Below, piece by piece: positions 23,892 to 32,893 of a DNA stretch of 44,517 nucleotides. A program made the translations under genes and the position numbers. The stretch spans positions 1-44,517 of the IMG/VR virus record IMGVR_UViG_3300028802_000002. One strand, 5' to 3'. Each line of letters starts with the position of its first letter. Position 1 is the stretch's first letter. The notes under the pieces were generated by a model that was given only the letters and a program-made list of their open reading frames with translations, made no database searches and had not been told where the DNA came from. This DNA comes from a virus.

Positions 23892-24184
23892 TGGTCGAAG
23901 AAGCTAAATCATGGTTCAAGGAAAATTCGACGCTGATCTACTTCCTGATCGCGCAGGTGATTGCGATTGGGGCGTTCGCGGCTAGCGGTCTCGCCTACAT
24001 GGTCAAGCTCGAAACCCGCGTCACGATCATGGAGGAACGCGGCGCGGCTTACACGGTAGGTCGCATGGACGAAATGAAACTGAAGATCGCCGTGCTCGAA
24101 AGTCAAATTGAGAAAAACGAAGATACCATTGCGCGTGTTCGTGAACTTCTGTTGCGTGATTTCGGCAAGAGTATCACTAAATGA
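23891..24184 (+). CDS. Membrane-anchored coiled-coil protein (lysis-associated?)
   Basis: ATG at 23891 (TAATG junction). One TM helix 'LIYFLIAQVIAIGAFAASGLAYMV' followed by a coiled coil. Confidence 0.6.
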   Translation: MVEEAKSWFKENSTLIYFLIAQVIAIGAFAASGLAYMVKLETRVTIMEERGAAYTVGRMDEMKLKIAVLESQIEKNEDTIARVRELLLRDFGKSITK

Positions 24185-24549
24185 AAACTGAACGCCTAGA
24201 ACAAACGCTAAAGCTATTTGGCGAAGTGGAAGCCGAAAGAGTAGCGCTGGGCGTTGTTGATAAAGAAACAAAGCGTAATACTGACAATTTGGATTTGTTT
24301 GAAGCAATGCTGCGTGAAGCCTACGACGATGTGACAATGGTTGTAGCTGGACACCACATCATGGCCGTTCGTTCCGGCGAAGCATTGCCAATCGAAATTT
24401 CGAGCGCGGACACGTTGATATTTTCTCATGAAATGGCACAAGTAATTTGGAAGGATCGATACAAGGAAGTGCTAACCCGCCTAGCGACTGAACCGACGGC
24501 GACGCGGGATGCGTTGTTGCGGGAGCTTTACTTCAGGAGGGTGAGATGA
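24181..24549 (+). CDS. Hypothetical protein (122 aa)
   Basis: ORF with 4-nt overlaps on both sides. Confidence 0.6.
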   Translation: MKTERLEQTLKLFGEVEAERVALGVVDKETKRNTDNLDLFEAMLREAYDDVTMVVAGHHIMAVRSGEALPIEISSADTLIFSHEMAQVIWKDRYKEVLTRLATEPTATRDALLRELYFRRVR

Positions 24550-25103
24550 ATGAAGATCGCAAATTGACCAAAGCAGGCGCGAATCTGATCCATCATTTCG
24601 AGGGTTGTCTTAAGAAAGATGGCAGCCACTATAAGGCATACAAGTGTCCTGCAAATGTGCTGACAATTGGTCACGGCCACACCAATCATCACGGGCGTAA
24701 ATTCGATGCAACTTCTCGATGGACCCGCGAGGAATGCGATGAAGCATTTGCGGAAGATATGGTCGGTTTTGAAAACGCTGTACGTCGGCTGGTCAAGGTG
24801 CCTCTCACTGCTCATCAGTACGATGCGTTGGTGTCATTCTGCTACAATTGTGGAGAGGGAAACCTTGCTAAATCAACTCTCCTCAAAAAAGTCAACGCAG
24901 GAGATCACGCTGGAGCGGCTAAGGAATTCCCGAAGTGGAACAAAGGAGGAGGAAAAGTCCTCCCCGGATTAGTTCGCAGGCGGGCATCCGAAAGCTTGCT
25001 TTATCAGGGTATCCCCGATTTGGACTATGATGGGAAGGCAGACCCCAAACCGCCTAAGGAAGCAATGCCGCAGGCGGTTGATGTCCCGGAGGACGAGATA
25101 TGA
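24546..25103 (+). CDS. Endolysin, GH24 (P22 gp19/T4-type) lysozyme
   Basis: 'HHFEGCLKKDGSHYKAYKCPANVLTIGHGHT', 'VPLTAHQYDALVSFCYNCG' and 'LPGLVRRRASE'. Confidence 0.9.
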   Translation: MNEDRKLTKAGANLIHHFEGCLKKDGSHYKAYKCPANVLTIGHGHTNHHGRKFDATSRWTREECDEAFAEDMVGFENAVRRLVKVPLTAHQYDALVSFCYNCGEGNLAKSTLLKKVNAGDHAGAAKEFPKWNKGGGKVLPGLVRRRASESLLYQGIPDLDYDGKADPKPPKEAMPQAVDVPEDEI

Positions 25104-25312
25104 TCCAGAGCTTAATATATCTAGTAATATACCTGATCGTAATCGGACTTGTCCTTTGGCTATTGAATTACCTTATCGACAACGTGCCATTACAAGACCC
25201 ATTTCGACGAGTAGCCAAAGTGGCGTTGATGGTGGTTGGGGTACTGATTGTCATAGTTCTACTGCTGCAATTCGCTGGTATTCTGGGCGACGGTGTTCCG
25301 AGATTGAGGTAA
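25100..25312 (+). CDS. Holin (two TM helices, 70 aa)
   Basis: 'LIYLVIYLIVIGLVLWLL' and 'VALMVVGVLIVIVLLLQF'. Overlaps the endolysin stop. Confidence 0.7.
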   Translation: MIQSLIYLVIYLIVIGLVLWLLNYLIDNVPLQDPFRRVAKVALMVVGVLIVIVLLLQFAGILGDGVPRLR

Positions 25313-25315
25313 ATC

Positions 25316-26266
25316 ATGGCTGATACAGTAACCCCAAAGCTAGGCTTAACCAAGCCGGAAATTGGTGCGTCCAACAACACTTGGGGCACTAAGTGGAACG
25401 GCAATGCCGACATCATAGAAGCCAAGATGGTGCGGCAATCTATTCAATGGACAGTTACTACTGGCGATGATAATCCGGCGAGCACGGCTGGTCATTTTAT
25501 AATCACGCGTTACGGCAATGATACCCTTAGAATTGATGATCCGCTTGTCATCAATCGACAAAGTGGCAATGTTACGATACCAAAAATAAATATACCATTT
25601 AGCGGGGCTGCTCCGGCTGCTCCGCCTGCGGGTTCTCTTACTATTTACGCGGATAGCGCTGGTAATGTATATTTTATATTGCCTAGCGGCGTTATATCGT
25701 TTTTTGGTGTTCCTCCAGGAACTGTTGCTTATACCGCCGCCGCATCTGCTGATACTGGTTATGCGCTATGTCAAGGGCAAGCAGTAAACAGAGCAGCAAA
25801 TCCATTTTTGAATGCTCGCATTGGTCTTCAATACGGCGGCGATGCTACCAATTTACTTCTTCCCGACTGTCGTGGCCGTACCATTGCGATGATAGACACT
25901 GGTACAAATAGAATGGTTACCGCATTTAATGGGGCGGCGTTGGGCGCAGCGGGCGGCTTGGATTACCACTATCTAACGCTGGTGCAAAGCATATCGCATT
26001 CTCACGGCGGATCTTGCAGCGGCTCGGCAGCTGCGATAGGTGCTTGGCCTCACGGACATAACTTCGACAAGTTAACTGGATTGGGCGCGGGTGGCGGTGG
26101 TCCGTTCGGTTGGGCCAGCCAAACGGCTACGGCTACAACTAGTACTGATCTTAATCATGGTCACGGCGTTAGCGGCACCATCGCTTCTGATGCTCAAGGT
26201 GGGTCTAGTTGGCATCCCAATGCGCAGCCCACAATTTGTCTCAATGCTCAAATAAAGTTGGGGTAA
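25316..26266 (+). CDS. Tail fibre protein 2 with a phage tail-collar domain
   Basis: N-terminal 'MADTVTPKLGLTKPEIGASNNTWGTKWNGNADII'. Collar motifs 'NARIGLQYGGDATNLLLPDCRGR' and 'GGLDYHYLTLVQSISHSHGG'. Confidence 0.85.
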   Translation: MADTVTPKLGLTKPEIGASNNTWGTKWNGNADIIEAKMVRQSIQWTVTTGDDNPASTAGHFIITRYGNDTLRIDDPLVINRQSGNVTIPKINIPFSGAAPAAPPAGSLTIYADSAGNVYFILPSGVISFFGVPPGTVAYTAAASADTGYALCQGQAVNRAANPFLNARIGLQYGGDATNLLLPDCRGRTIAMIDTGTNRMVTAFNGAALGAAGGLDYHYLTLVQSISHSHGGSCSGSAAAIGAWPHGHNFDKLTGLGAGGGGPFGWASQTATATTSTDLNHGHGVSGTIASDAQGGSSWHPNAQPTICLNAQIKLG

Positions 26267-26267
26267 C

Positions 26268-27779
26268 ATGCCAGCTATTGAATTCCCAGCCGGGGTAACA
26301 ACCCTCCTGTCAAGATCAGCCAAGATCAGCAACTGGCGTGATGGTAATCTTATACGTTGGGATGATGGCAATACATTAAAGCCCATGGGCGGGTGGGAGC
26401 AAGTAGTATTGTCTGGTGGGCCATTTGCCTCCCGTGTTCGAGAAATGCACCGCTGGGTAGCATTGAATGGCATTATTTGGACTGCTTATCTGTGTGAACA
26501 GCACTGTTACGTGGAGTCGGGCAATTCGTTGACGGATGTTACACCAGTGGGCGGAATACCCGCGCCAGCCGGTCTTAACGCTGGCTACGGCGAACTAGAC
26601 TATGGTAAAAATAATTACGGCGTCGATGTCCCAGGTGCCGTGTCAACTCTTCAAAAATTCTCTGCCGCTTGGACACTCAATAATTGGGGCCAAGATCTGC
26701 TGGTTATGTGGAGTTACGAGGGTAAGTTGTACCGATGGAGTCCAACTACACCATCCAGCAAGTTAGTCGCAGTAACTGGTGCTCCAATAACCAATCGACA
26801 GTTCATAGTTACTCCTGAACGCCATGTTATGCTGTTTGGCATGGGCGGCAATTATGGTGATTTTGGTTGGTGCAGTCAGGAAGATCTGAACGATTGGAAC
26901 TTCGCCAGCATCACTAATACCGCCGGAATGTACACGGTAGACCCGTTATCGCCCATTGTAGCAGCTAGATTGTCAGCGGCGGGCATCTTAGTGTTTACCC
27001 CGACGATGACGCACGTCGTTGATTATATAGGTCTTCCGTACATATATCGTATTCGGCCGGTAGGTAGAATACCAACCCCCATATCTGCTTCGTCTGTTGC
27101 CGCTATTCCTGACGGTGTTGTATGGTTTTCCGTTGAGGGATTTTGGCTATGGAATGGGACTGCTGCTGATATTCTTCCGTGTTCGATTTGGGATACGGTA
27201 ACAAATCGGATGGATTTTGCGAGGACTGTTCGTGAGTCCAATGTGGTAAATGTTGCTAGTCGCGGTGAGCTATGGTTCTTCTGGGTAGACATTGCTTATG
27301 GCCTTGAAACCAGTCGTTACGTGGCCTTGGATTATAGGTCTAGAGTCTGGATGCCGGGATTTCTTAAAAGAACTTGTGGCTTTGTGTATGGCAATGATCG
27401 TAACCCGTTGATGTCGGATGGGTATAAGGTTTGGAAACATGAGACGGGGTTTGTATACCCTGAAGCACAATTTATGCCGTATCTTGAATCCCAAACGCTC
27501 AATATCGCTGGTGGCGAGAGGTGGATTACTATTAGCAAGATACACCCAGACATTATGGGCGATCGTACGGCGTTGGCTTTCTCGTTGGCGTTGAATAATG
27601 ATCGATCTAATTACAGCAAACAACGCTATACAGCACAACGCACGGTAAACCAGCATGGTTGGGTGGATATCCGAGAAACTGGCCGCGATGTTCGGCTACG
27701 TATCGATATGATTGCCAACAGGGATTGGAGCACTATTGGTCCAATCATCTTTGATAGCAAGCCAAGGGGTGGCCGGTAA
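26268..27779 (+). CDS. Tail or virion structural protein (503 aa)
   Basis: Large ORF in the tail module. No diagnostic motif recognised. Confidence 0.65.
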   Translation: MPAIEFPAGVTTLLSRSAKISNWRDGNLIRWDDGNTLKPMGGWEQVVLSGGPFASRVREMHRWVALNGIIWTAYLCEQHCYVESGNSLTDVTPVGGIPAPAGLNAGYGELDYGKNNYGVDVPGAVSTLQKFSAAWTLNNWGQDLLVMWSYEGKLYRWSPTTPSSKLVAVTGAPITNRQFIVTPERHVMLFGMGGNYGDFGWCSQEDLNDWNFASITNTAGMYTVDPLSPIVAARLSAAGILVFTPTMTHVVDYIGLPYIYRIRPVGRIPTPISASSVAAIPDGVVWFSVEGFWLWNGTAADILPCSIWDTVTNRMDFARTVRESNVVNVASRGELWFFWVDIAYGLETSRYVALDYRSRVWMPGFLKRTCGFVYGNDRNPLMSDGYKVWKHETGFVYPEAQFMPYLESQTLNIAGGERWITISKIHPDIMGDRTALAFSLALNNDRSNYSKQRYTAQRTVNQHGWVDIRETGRDVRLRIDMIANRDWSTIGPIIFDSKPRGGR

Positions 27780-27985
27780 TGATGAAGGTCCCTAAGTTTC
27801 AAGACCCCGATGTAACTAAATTTCTTGAGCAATTTCTTAGAGAAAAAGAAGGTTCTGACAAAGATGTTCTTAGTTCGACAACTGGTAATCGATCGTTGTT
27901 GTTATATTCGCCCAGCTTAAAGGTATTCGAAGTAAAGGTAACTGACGCTGGGGCGTTGACAGTAACCAAGGTATCTGGTACATGA
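27779..27985 (+). CDS. Hypothetical protein (68 aa)
   Basis: ORF with a TAATG junction. Confidence 0.55.
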   Translation: MMKVPKFQDPDVTKFLEQFLREKEGSDKDVLSSTTGNRSLLLYSPSLKVFEVKVTDAGALTVTKVSGT

Positions 27986-28380
27986 TTATTGCGGATCACA
28001 TGGTTGTCAAGGTAGCGAGAGCGTTGAGGCAGGCAAATAACCTGTATAATTTGGAAGATATTGAGCATGCATTAAATACTGGTGATATGCAAAGCCACGC
28101 TTACAAAGACACCATGGCAATTACTCAAATACATCAATTTCCACGTCGCAAGACGGTTAATATACTTTTCGTGATTGGTAATTTAGAGGATTCGTTGGTG
28201 CTGGAAGGTAAGGTCGAAAAATGGGCGAAGTCTATTGGCGCTGATCTTATCACAGCAATTGGCCGGGAGGGTTGGTGGGATCACCGCCTTCCGGGTTGGA
28301 AGAAACAAGGTGCAGTTTACTCGAAGGATATAGAACATGGGCGGCACAACTTCAACAACCACCGCACAGCAGTCGAATAA
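27982..28380 (+). CDS. Hypothetical protein (132 aa)
   Basis: ORF with a 4-nt overlap upstream. Confidence 0.6.
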   Translation: MIIADHMVVKVARALRQANNLYNLEDIEHALNTGDMQSHAYKDTMAITQIHQFPRRKTVNILFVIGNLEDSLVLEGKVEKWAKSIGADLITAIGREGWWDHRLPGWKKQGAVYSKDIEHGRHNFNNHRTAVE

Positions 28381-29389
28381 AGTACAGCTTCCTGCTTGGG
28401 TTGAAAAAGCCTCAGAGGAAAACTATAACTTTGCAAAGCAGGTAGCTGGACGGCCTCTGCAGCAATATGAAGGAGAGCGGGTCGCCGCGCCTTCAGCCTT
28501 GACCACGCAAGGTCAGGATATACTATCAAAGGGGGCTGGTTCCGAAACTGGAATGTATAACGACGCCGCCGATATCTACAGAGGCACCGCTGGCCCATTG
28601 GATATTAATCAATTTTTAAATCCGTACACGAGCGAAGTAGAGAACAACGCGATTCGTAATGCTAATACAGCACTTACGCAACAGTTGACCGGCATATCAG
28701 ATCAAGCCCAAAAAGCCAATGCTTTCGGTGGATCTCGTTTCGCTGTTCAGCAAGGTGTTGCTCAAGGAGAAGGTGTCCGAGGTATTGGTGATCTAACGGC
28801 GCAGTTACGCAAACAAGGTATTGATTTCGCCACTACCACTGCTCTGCAAGATCGAACCGGCCGACAAGCTGCCGCTGCTGGGTTAGTTGGCACCGCTGGC
28901 GCGCGACAAGGATCTCGTACTGCCGACGCTTTGAACCTGCTCGGTGCTGGTCAGGCGGAAACCGGCTCGAGGCAGAAGGTTATCGACGCCGCGATGGGTA
29001 AGTTCGACGAGGCACGAAACTATCCAGTCGAGAAGCTCAATCTTCTCCTCGCTTCGCTGGGCATGTCGCCATACGGCAAGACCGAAACCGGCACCAAAAC
29101 TACGAATACAGAAACTCCAATGGATTGGGCTACAACGGGGCTGGGTGTTCTCAAAGCACTTCCAGCTTTGGCTGCCATGTCGGATCGCAAAACCAAAACA
29201 GACATCACCAAAATAACAGACGGTGAGATACCGTTGTATTCTTACCGCTACAAGGATGACCCAAAGACATATCCGAAGGTGGTGGGACCAATGGCGCAAG
29301 ACATTGAAAAGAAATTCCCCTCCGCTGTCAAGAAGGCGGGTAAATATAAGATCATCGACATCAACAACCTTATGGAGGTGTTGTCATGA
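28337..29389 (+). CDS. Virion protein with a C-terminal S74-type intramolecular chaperone domain
   Basis: 'SDRKTKTDITKITDGEIPLYSYRYKDDPKTYPKVVGPMAQDIEKKFPSAV' follows the endosialidase-chaperone pattern. AAGGA RBS. Confidence 0.75.
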   Translation: MGGTTSTTTAQQSNKVQLPAWVEKASEENYNFAKQVAGRPLQQYEGERVAAPSALTTQGQDILSKGAGSETGMYNDAADIYRGTAGPLDINQFLNPYTSEVENNAIRNANTALTQQLTGISDQAQKANAFGGSRFAVQQGVAQGEGVRGIGDLTAQLRKQGIDFATTTALQDRTGRQAAAAGLVGTAGARQGSRTADALNLLGAGQAETGSRQKVIDAAMGKFDEARNYPVEKLNLLLASLGMSPYGKTETGTKTTNTETPMDWATTGLGVLKALPALAAMSDRKTKTDITKITDGEIPLYSYRYKDDPKTYPKVVGPMAQDIEKKFPSAVKKAGKYKIIDINNLMEVLS

Positions 29390-30051
29390 CACCCGAAGAA
29401 TTCCGTCTACAGTTTATGAAAAACAGGGGAATAACATTGGACACGCCTCCCCCCAATGTGGTGCAAACGGTGCCTATTACACCCACGGCGGCTCCTCCCC
29501 CGGTAGTTCCGCCACAACCCATAGTTCCACCTCCATCTGATGTTGTTCGCTTGGGGCCTGACGGCAAACTTTTAGGTAATCAAACGAGTAACAAGATAGA
29601 TAACCCAGCCGAATGGGTAACACCTCCAGTGGTTGCCCCTGCATCCACTGTTGCGGCTGCTCCGCCAGTAAGACCCCCCTCTGCCTTCCCCGCTGGCGGG
29701 GCTGACGCCGTTCCGTTCAGTCGTCCGGCTGTTGAGCCTAATCAAACTGGCGGTCTTACTTTGGCTTCCAATCCCGTTCAAGGCTGGGGTGGTACAGTTG
29801 GATTGCCTACGTCGCCCGAGGAAGCTAAGGCATTTGAAAAGGGCGGCAACTACGAAAAGCTGATGAGCGGTTTGGATGACGTCGCCAAGGGACTAAAGCC
29901 GAAAGCTCCGACTGGAGACACTGGTGCGGCGACTATTACACCCATGTCGACGCAGCCGAATGCGCCTAGTCAATTGTCCGCTCAATTAATGGATACGTTG
30001 CTTAAGAGCAAGATGCAGCCTCGTGGTCTTACTTTAGCGGGGAGATACTAA
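29386..30051 (+). CDS. Pro/Ala-rich putative internal virion protein
   Basis: Low-complexity Pro-rich ORF in the run of late genes after the tail genes. Confidence 0.6.
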   Translation: MTPEEFRLQFMKNRGITLDTPPPNVVQTVPITPTAAPPPVVPPQPIVPPPSDVVRLGPDGKLLGNQTSNKIDNPAEWVTPPVVAPASTVAAAPPVRPPSAFPAGGADAVPFSRPAVEPNQTGGLTLASNPVQGWGGTVGLPTSPEEAKAFEKGGNYEKLMSGLDDVAKGLKPKAPTGDTGAATITPMSTQPNAPSQLSAQLMDTLLKSKMQPRGLTLAGRY

Positions 30052-31814
30052 TGGACTTTGATATTGGCGACATCATTCGCAGACTTACGGGTGGGCAAGA
30101 CCCAAACGCAGCAGTTATGGGTGCGCGAGCCGAGATGCCTGCAGAACCAGCTTCTCGGGCACTTCCGCCGGTCCCGGAGACTTCTACTCCAACAGGTGCG
30201 ATAACGCCGGTTACAAATCCACAACCAGCGAAAGCTGCTCCAACTGTTACTCAGTCTCCCCCCGATTTGGCTAACATGTACATCAAGCTGATGGAGAAGA
30301 ATCAGAACGCGCAACGGTTGGACTCTGGTCTTTCGCTAATCGCGGCGGGATTGTCCAACAGCCCGACTAATCGTGCGGCGTTGATTTCAGCTTCTGGGCA
30401 TGGAGGCGGCGCTGGCGGAATGTCGCTGTCTGCCCAAGATATGATTAATTTCGAAAAACAGAGAGAATCCGCACAGAACGCTATTATCCGTAAGCAAGCT
30501 CTCCCGGCACTTATGAAGCAATATAATTTGTCTCCTGCTCATATCCAAGCATTGGAAGCGGGCGGCAAGTTGGATGAGGTTCTTACTAATTTTGCTACTC
30601 GTAGTTTGGCTCATATCACCGACGCTGAAACTGGTCAAGTCCATTTGGTCGACGATAGAGCGAGCGGCAAGCCTAGAGTTATTGCGACCATCGGCGGTGA
30701 GAAATCAGATCCGACACAGTGGGTTGATGGGCCTAACGGTCCGGAGCTGCGCAATTCTAGGACGGGCGCATTGGTTGGTGATAAAGGCGTTGGTCTTAAA
30801 ACAGAGCTTGAATTCAGGGATACTCCAGAGGGAGGTCTTACAGCCATTAACAAGCGAACTGGCGAAACTGTCGCCACTAAGATTGGCGGCGCTCCGACGC
30901 CTGAAACTGAGAAGTTCGAGCGACCGGATGGCAGCCAGTTTCTTCGCAACAAGCGGGACGGCAAGATTGAAGAAATTGCTCCGGCACGTAAAATTGGCGA
31001 CGCTATTCCGGCGCTTACTGAAGAATTGCATCAAGTTAATGCAGATCGTGCGTTGCGTGGTCTAGACCCGATGACTCACGAAGAGCTAATTAAGTTGAAG
31101 CAACAGCCCGGCGTCAATGTTAATGTTGCGGCAGATGGGACTGTACTCCCGGCTCCGGAAAAAGGGTACGACTACGAACGCGGTCCCGATCGCAAGCCAC
31201 TAATTGGTCCGGATGGCAAACCTAAGCTGTATAAAATACCGGGTGGAGGTCCAGAAGAGGAATCCACACTGGCTGCTACGAAGTTGGCCGAGGAGAAATC
31301 AGAAAAGGCTAAGAAGGAAGCCACAGCCAAGGCTAACCAAGCATTCGCTGCCAGCAACGTTAGCAACGCAATTGACAACGCTTTCAAGTATGTTGACAAG
31401 ATTGGTGCATCCGGTGTTGGTTCAAAGCTAGCCCGTGGTGTTCCGATTGGCGGTATGTCCTGGGATTCCTTGGATGCGGCGGTTAATTCCATCAACTCCA
31501 ACGTCGCCTTCGAACAGTTAAGGAAGATGAGAGAAGCTGCAGCCACCGGGGCGTCTGGTCTTGGCCAAGTTACCGAAAAAGAAAATCAGATGCTATCATC
31601 GGTTATCGCTGACCTTCGTGCGTATCAAGACACCGACCAGCTTAAGCGAGGATTGGCGCGCACGAAAGCGGCCATGGAATTGTTGGCCACCAATGACTAT
31701 AAGACCCAGGCGGATTTCGACATAGCCTTGGCCAAACGAACAGAAGAAATACAGTCTGATTATCACAACAAGTCTGGTCGCAGCAAATATAAAGTTACGC
31801 CAGTACCGAGGTAA
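30051..31814 (+). CDS. Putative internal virion or ejection protein (587 aa)
   Basis: Large ORF. The call is based on position only. Confidence 0.6.
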   Translation: MDFDIGDIIRRLTGGQDPNAAVMGARAEMPAEPASRALPPVPETSTPTGAITPVTNPQPAKAAPTVTQSPPDLANMYIKLMEKNQNAQRLDSGLSLIAAGLSNSPTNRAALISASGHGGGAGGMSLSAQDMINFEKQRESAQNAIIRKQALPALMKQYNLSPAHIQALEAGGKLDEVLTNFATRSLAHITDAETGQVHLVDDRASGKPRVIATIGGEKSDPTQWVDGPNGPELRNSRTGALVGDKGVGLKTELEFRDTPEGGLTAINKRTGETVATKIGGAPTPETEKFERPDGSQFLRNKRDGKIEEIAPARKIGDAIPALTEELHQVNADRALRGLDPMTHEELIKLKQQPGVNVNVAADGTVLPAPEKGYDYERGPDRKPLIGPDGKPKLYKIPGGGPEEESTLAATKLAEEKSEKAKKEATAKANQAFAASNVSNAIDNAFKYVDKIGASGVGSKLARGVPIGGMSWDSLDAAVNSINSNVAFEQLRKMREAAATGASGLGQVTEKENQMLSSVIADLRAYQDTDQLKRGLARTKAAMELLATNDYKTQADFDIALAKRTEEIQSDYHNKSGRSKYKVTPVPR

Positions 31815-31819
31815 CGACC

Positions 31820-32893
31820 ATGGCATTTGATGTAACCGGTCCTGATGGGAATACGTATAGAACCGATGCTCCGACACTTGAGGAAGCTATCAAGTCGGTC
31901 AAAGAGCATGTCCAAAAAGAATTTAACACCAAAGAAGCTAAGGATATCGAAGCATCGCCAGCGTGGCAAAGACCGTTCCAAGCTATAGAGGACGTTGCAC
32001 GGGTCGGTGTAGATACCGTAGCCGCTGGAATACCCGATTATTTGGCTGGTGGTGATCAATCAATGAAGACAGCAGCGGCTCGCGATCGCATGGGTTGGGC
32101 TGGTACCGCTTTGGATGTTGGTACGGCGGCTCGGTTCATACCATCGCTCGTCCCCAAGGCCATCAAGTGGGCTGCCGGCGGGCCATTGGCACGGACGGTC
32201 GTCGGATCGACGACGGCGGGGGGTGAGGGCGCGGTCTACGGGGGCGTCAACGCCGCGACGCACGATCAGGACGTCCCGACGGGGGCGGCGCTGGGCGGCG
32301 TCGGTGGGCAGATCGGCCATGCCATCGGCAGTGGCGTCAATCGGATAGTCAAAGCATTTTCGCCCAGCGATATACCCAAAACTACTGGTATTCTTAGCAC
32401 GTCTGGTTTGAAAGCTCCAACTAACGTGCAGAAGATCGAGGCGGCTATAAATCAATCCAATCAGGGTACTTCTGGTCCTCAAGCACAAAAACAAGTACAG
32501 GATAAACTTAAATCGTTAGTGGTAAACGCTAAACCTAAGGAATTTACTCCAACTCAGACTAGCCTAATGAAGAAAGTGTACGAAGGTGATCCGGCCACGA
32601 ACGTATCCAGAGAAGTTGGCGAGTTCCTGAACAACAAATTGTTGGCGGGCGGCGCTGGGATTGGCGCTTTGGCTACTGGAAGTCCATTGGCCGCAGCCGC
32701 TATTGGTGGCGGGATGTTAGCCGGTGGTAAAGTTCTGAAAGGTATTTCGCAAGGCGGCACCGAAGAGGCAGTCCAAAACCTCCGCCGCACTATGTTCAAG
32801 GTCCCCAAATTTAAAGGGCCGGTATCGGAGGCGGAGAAGGCCCGTATTGCCAATATGGTAAAGGTAGGATTGCTGTCGCAACAGGAAGATTAG
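31820..32893 (+). CDS. Gly-rich putative internal virion or membrane-interacting protein
   Basis: Gly/Ala-rich hydrophobic stretches ('LLAGGAGIGALATGSPLAAAAIGGGMLAGG'). Last gene of the late operon. Confidence 0.6.
   Translation: MAFDVTGPDGNTYRTDAPTLEEAIKSVKEHVQKEFNTKEAKDIEASPAWQRPFQAIEDVARVGVDTVAAGIPDYLAGGDQSMKTAAARDRMGWAGTALDVGTAARFIPSLVPKAIKWAAGGPLARTVVGSTTAGGEGAVYGGVNAATHDQDVPTGAALGGVGGQIGHAIGSGVNRIVKAFSPSDIPKTTGILSTSGLKAPTNVQKIEAAINQSNQGTSGPQAQKQVQDKLKSLVVNAKPKEFTPTQTSLMKKVYEGDPATNVSREVGEFLNNKLLAGGAGIGALATGSPLAAAAIGGGMLAGGKVLKGISQGGTEEAVQNLRRTMFKVPKFKGPVSEAEKARIANMVKVGLLSQQED

Noticed and set aside
27956-27984. Promoter-like TTGACA-N17-TACATG upstream of 27982..28380.
   Set aside because: The -10 lacks the invariant final T, and its ATG is simply the start codon of the next gene. 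It does not meet the pattern of the other fourteen promoters.
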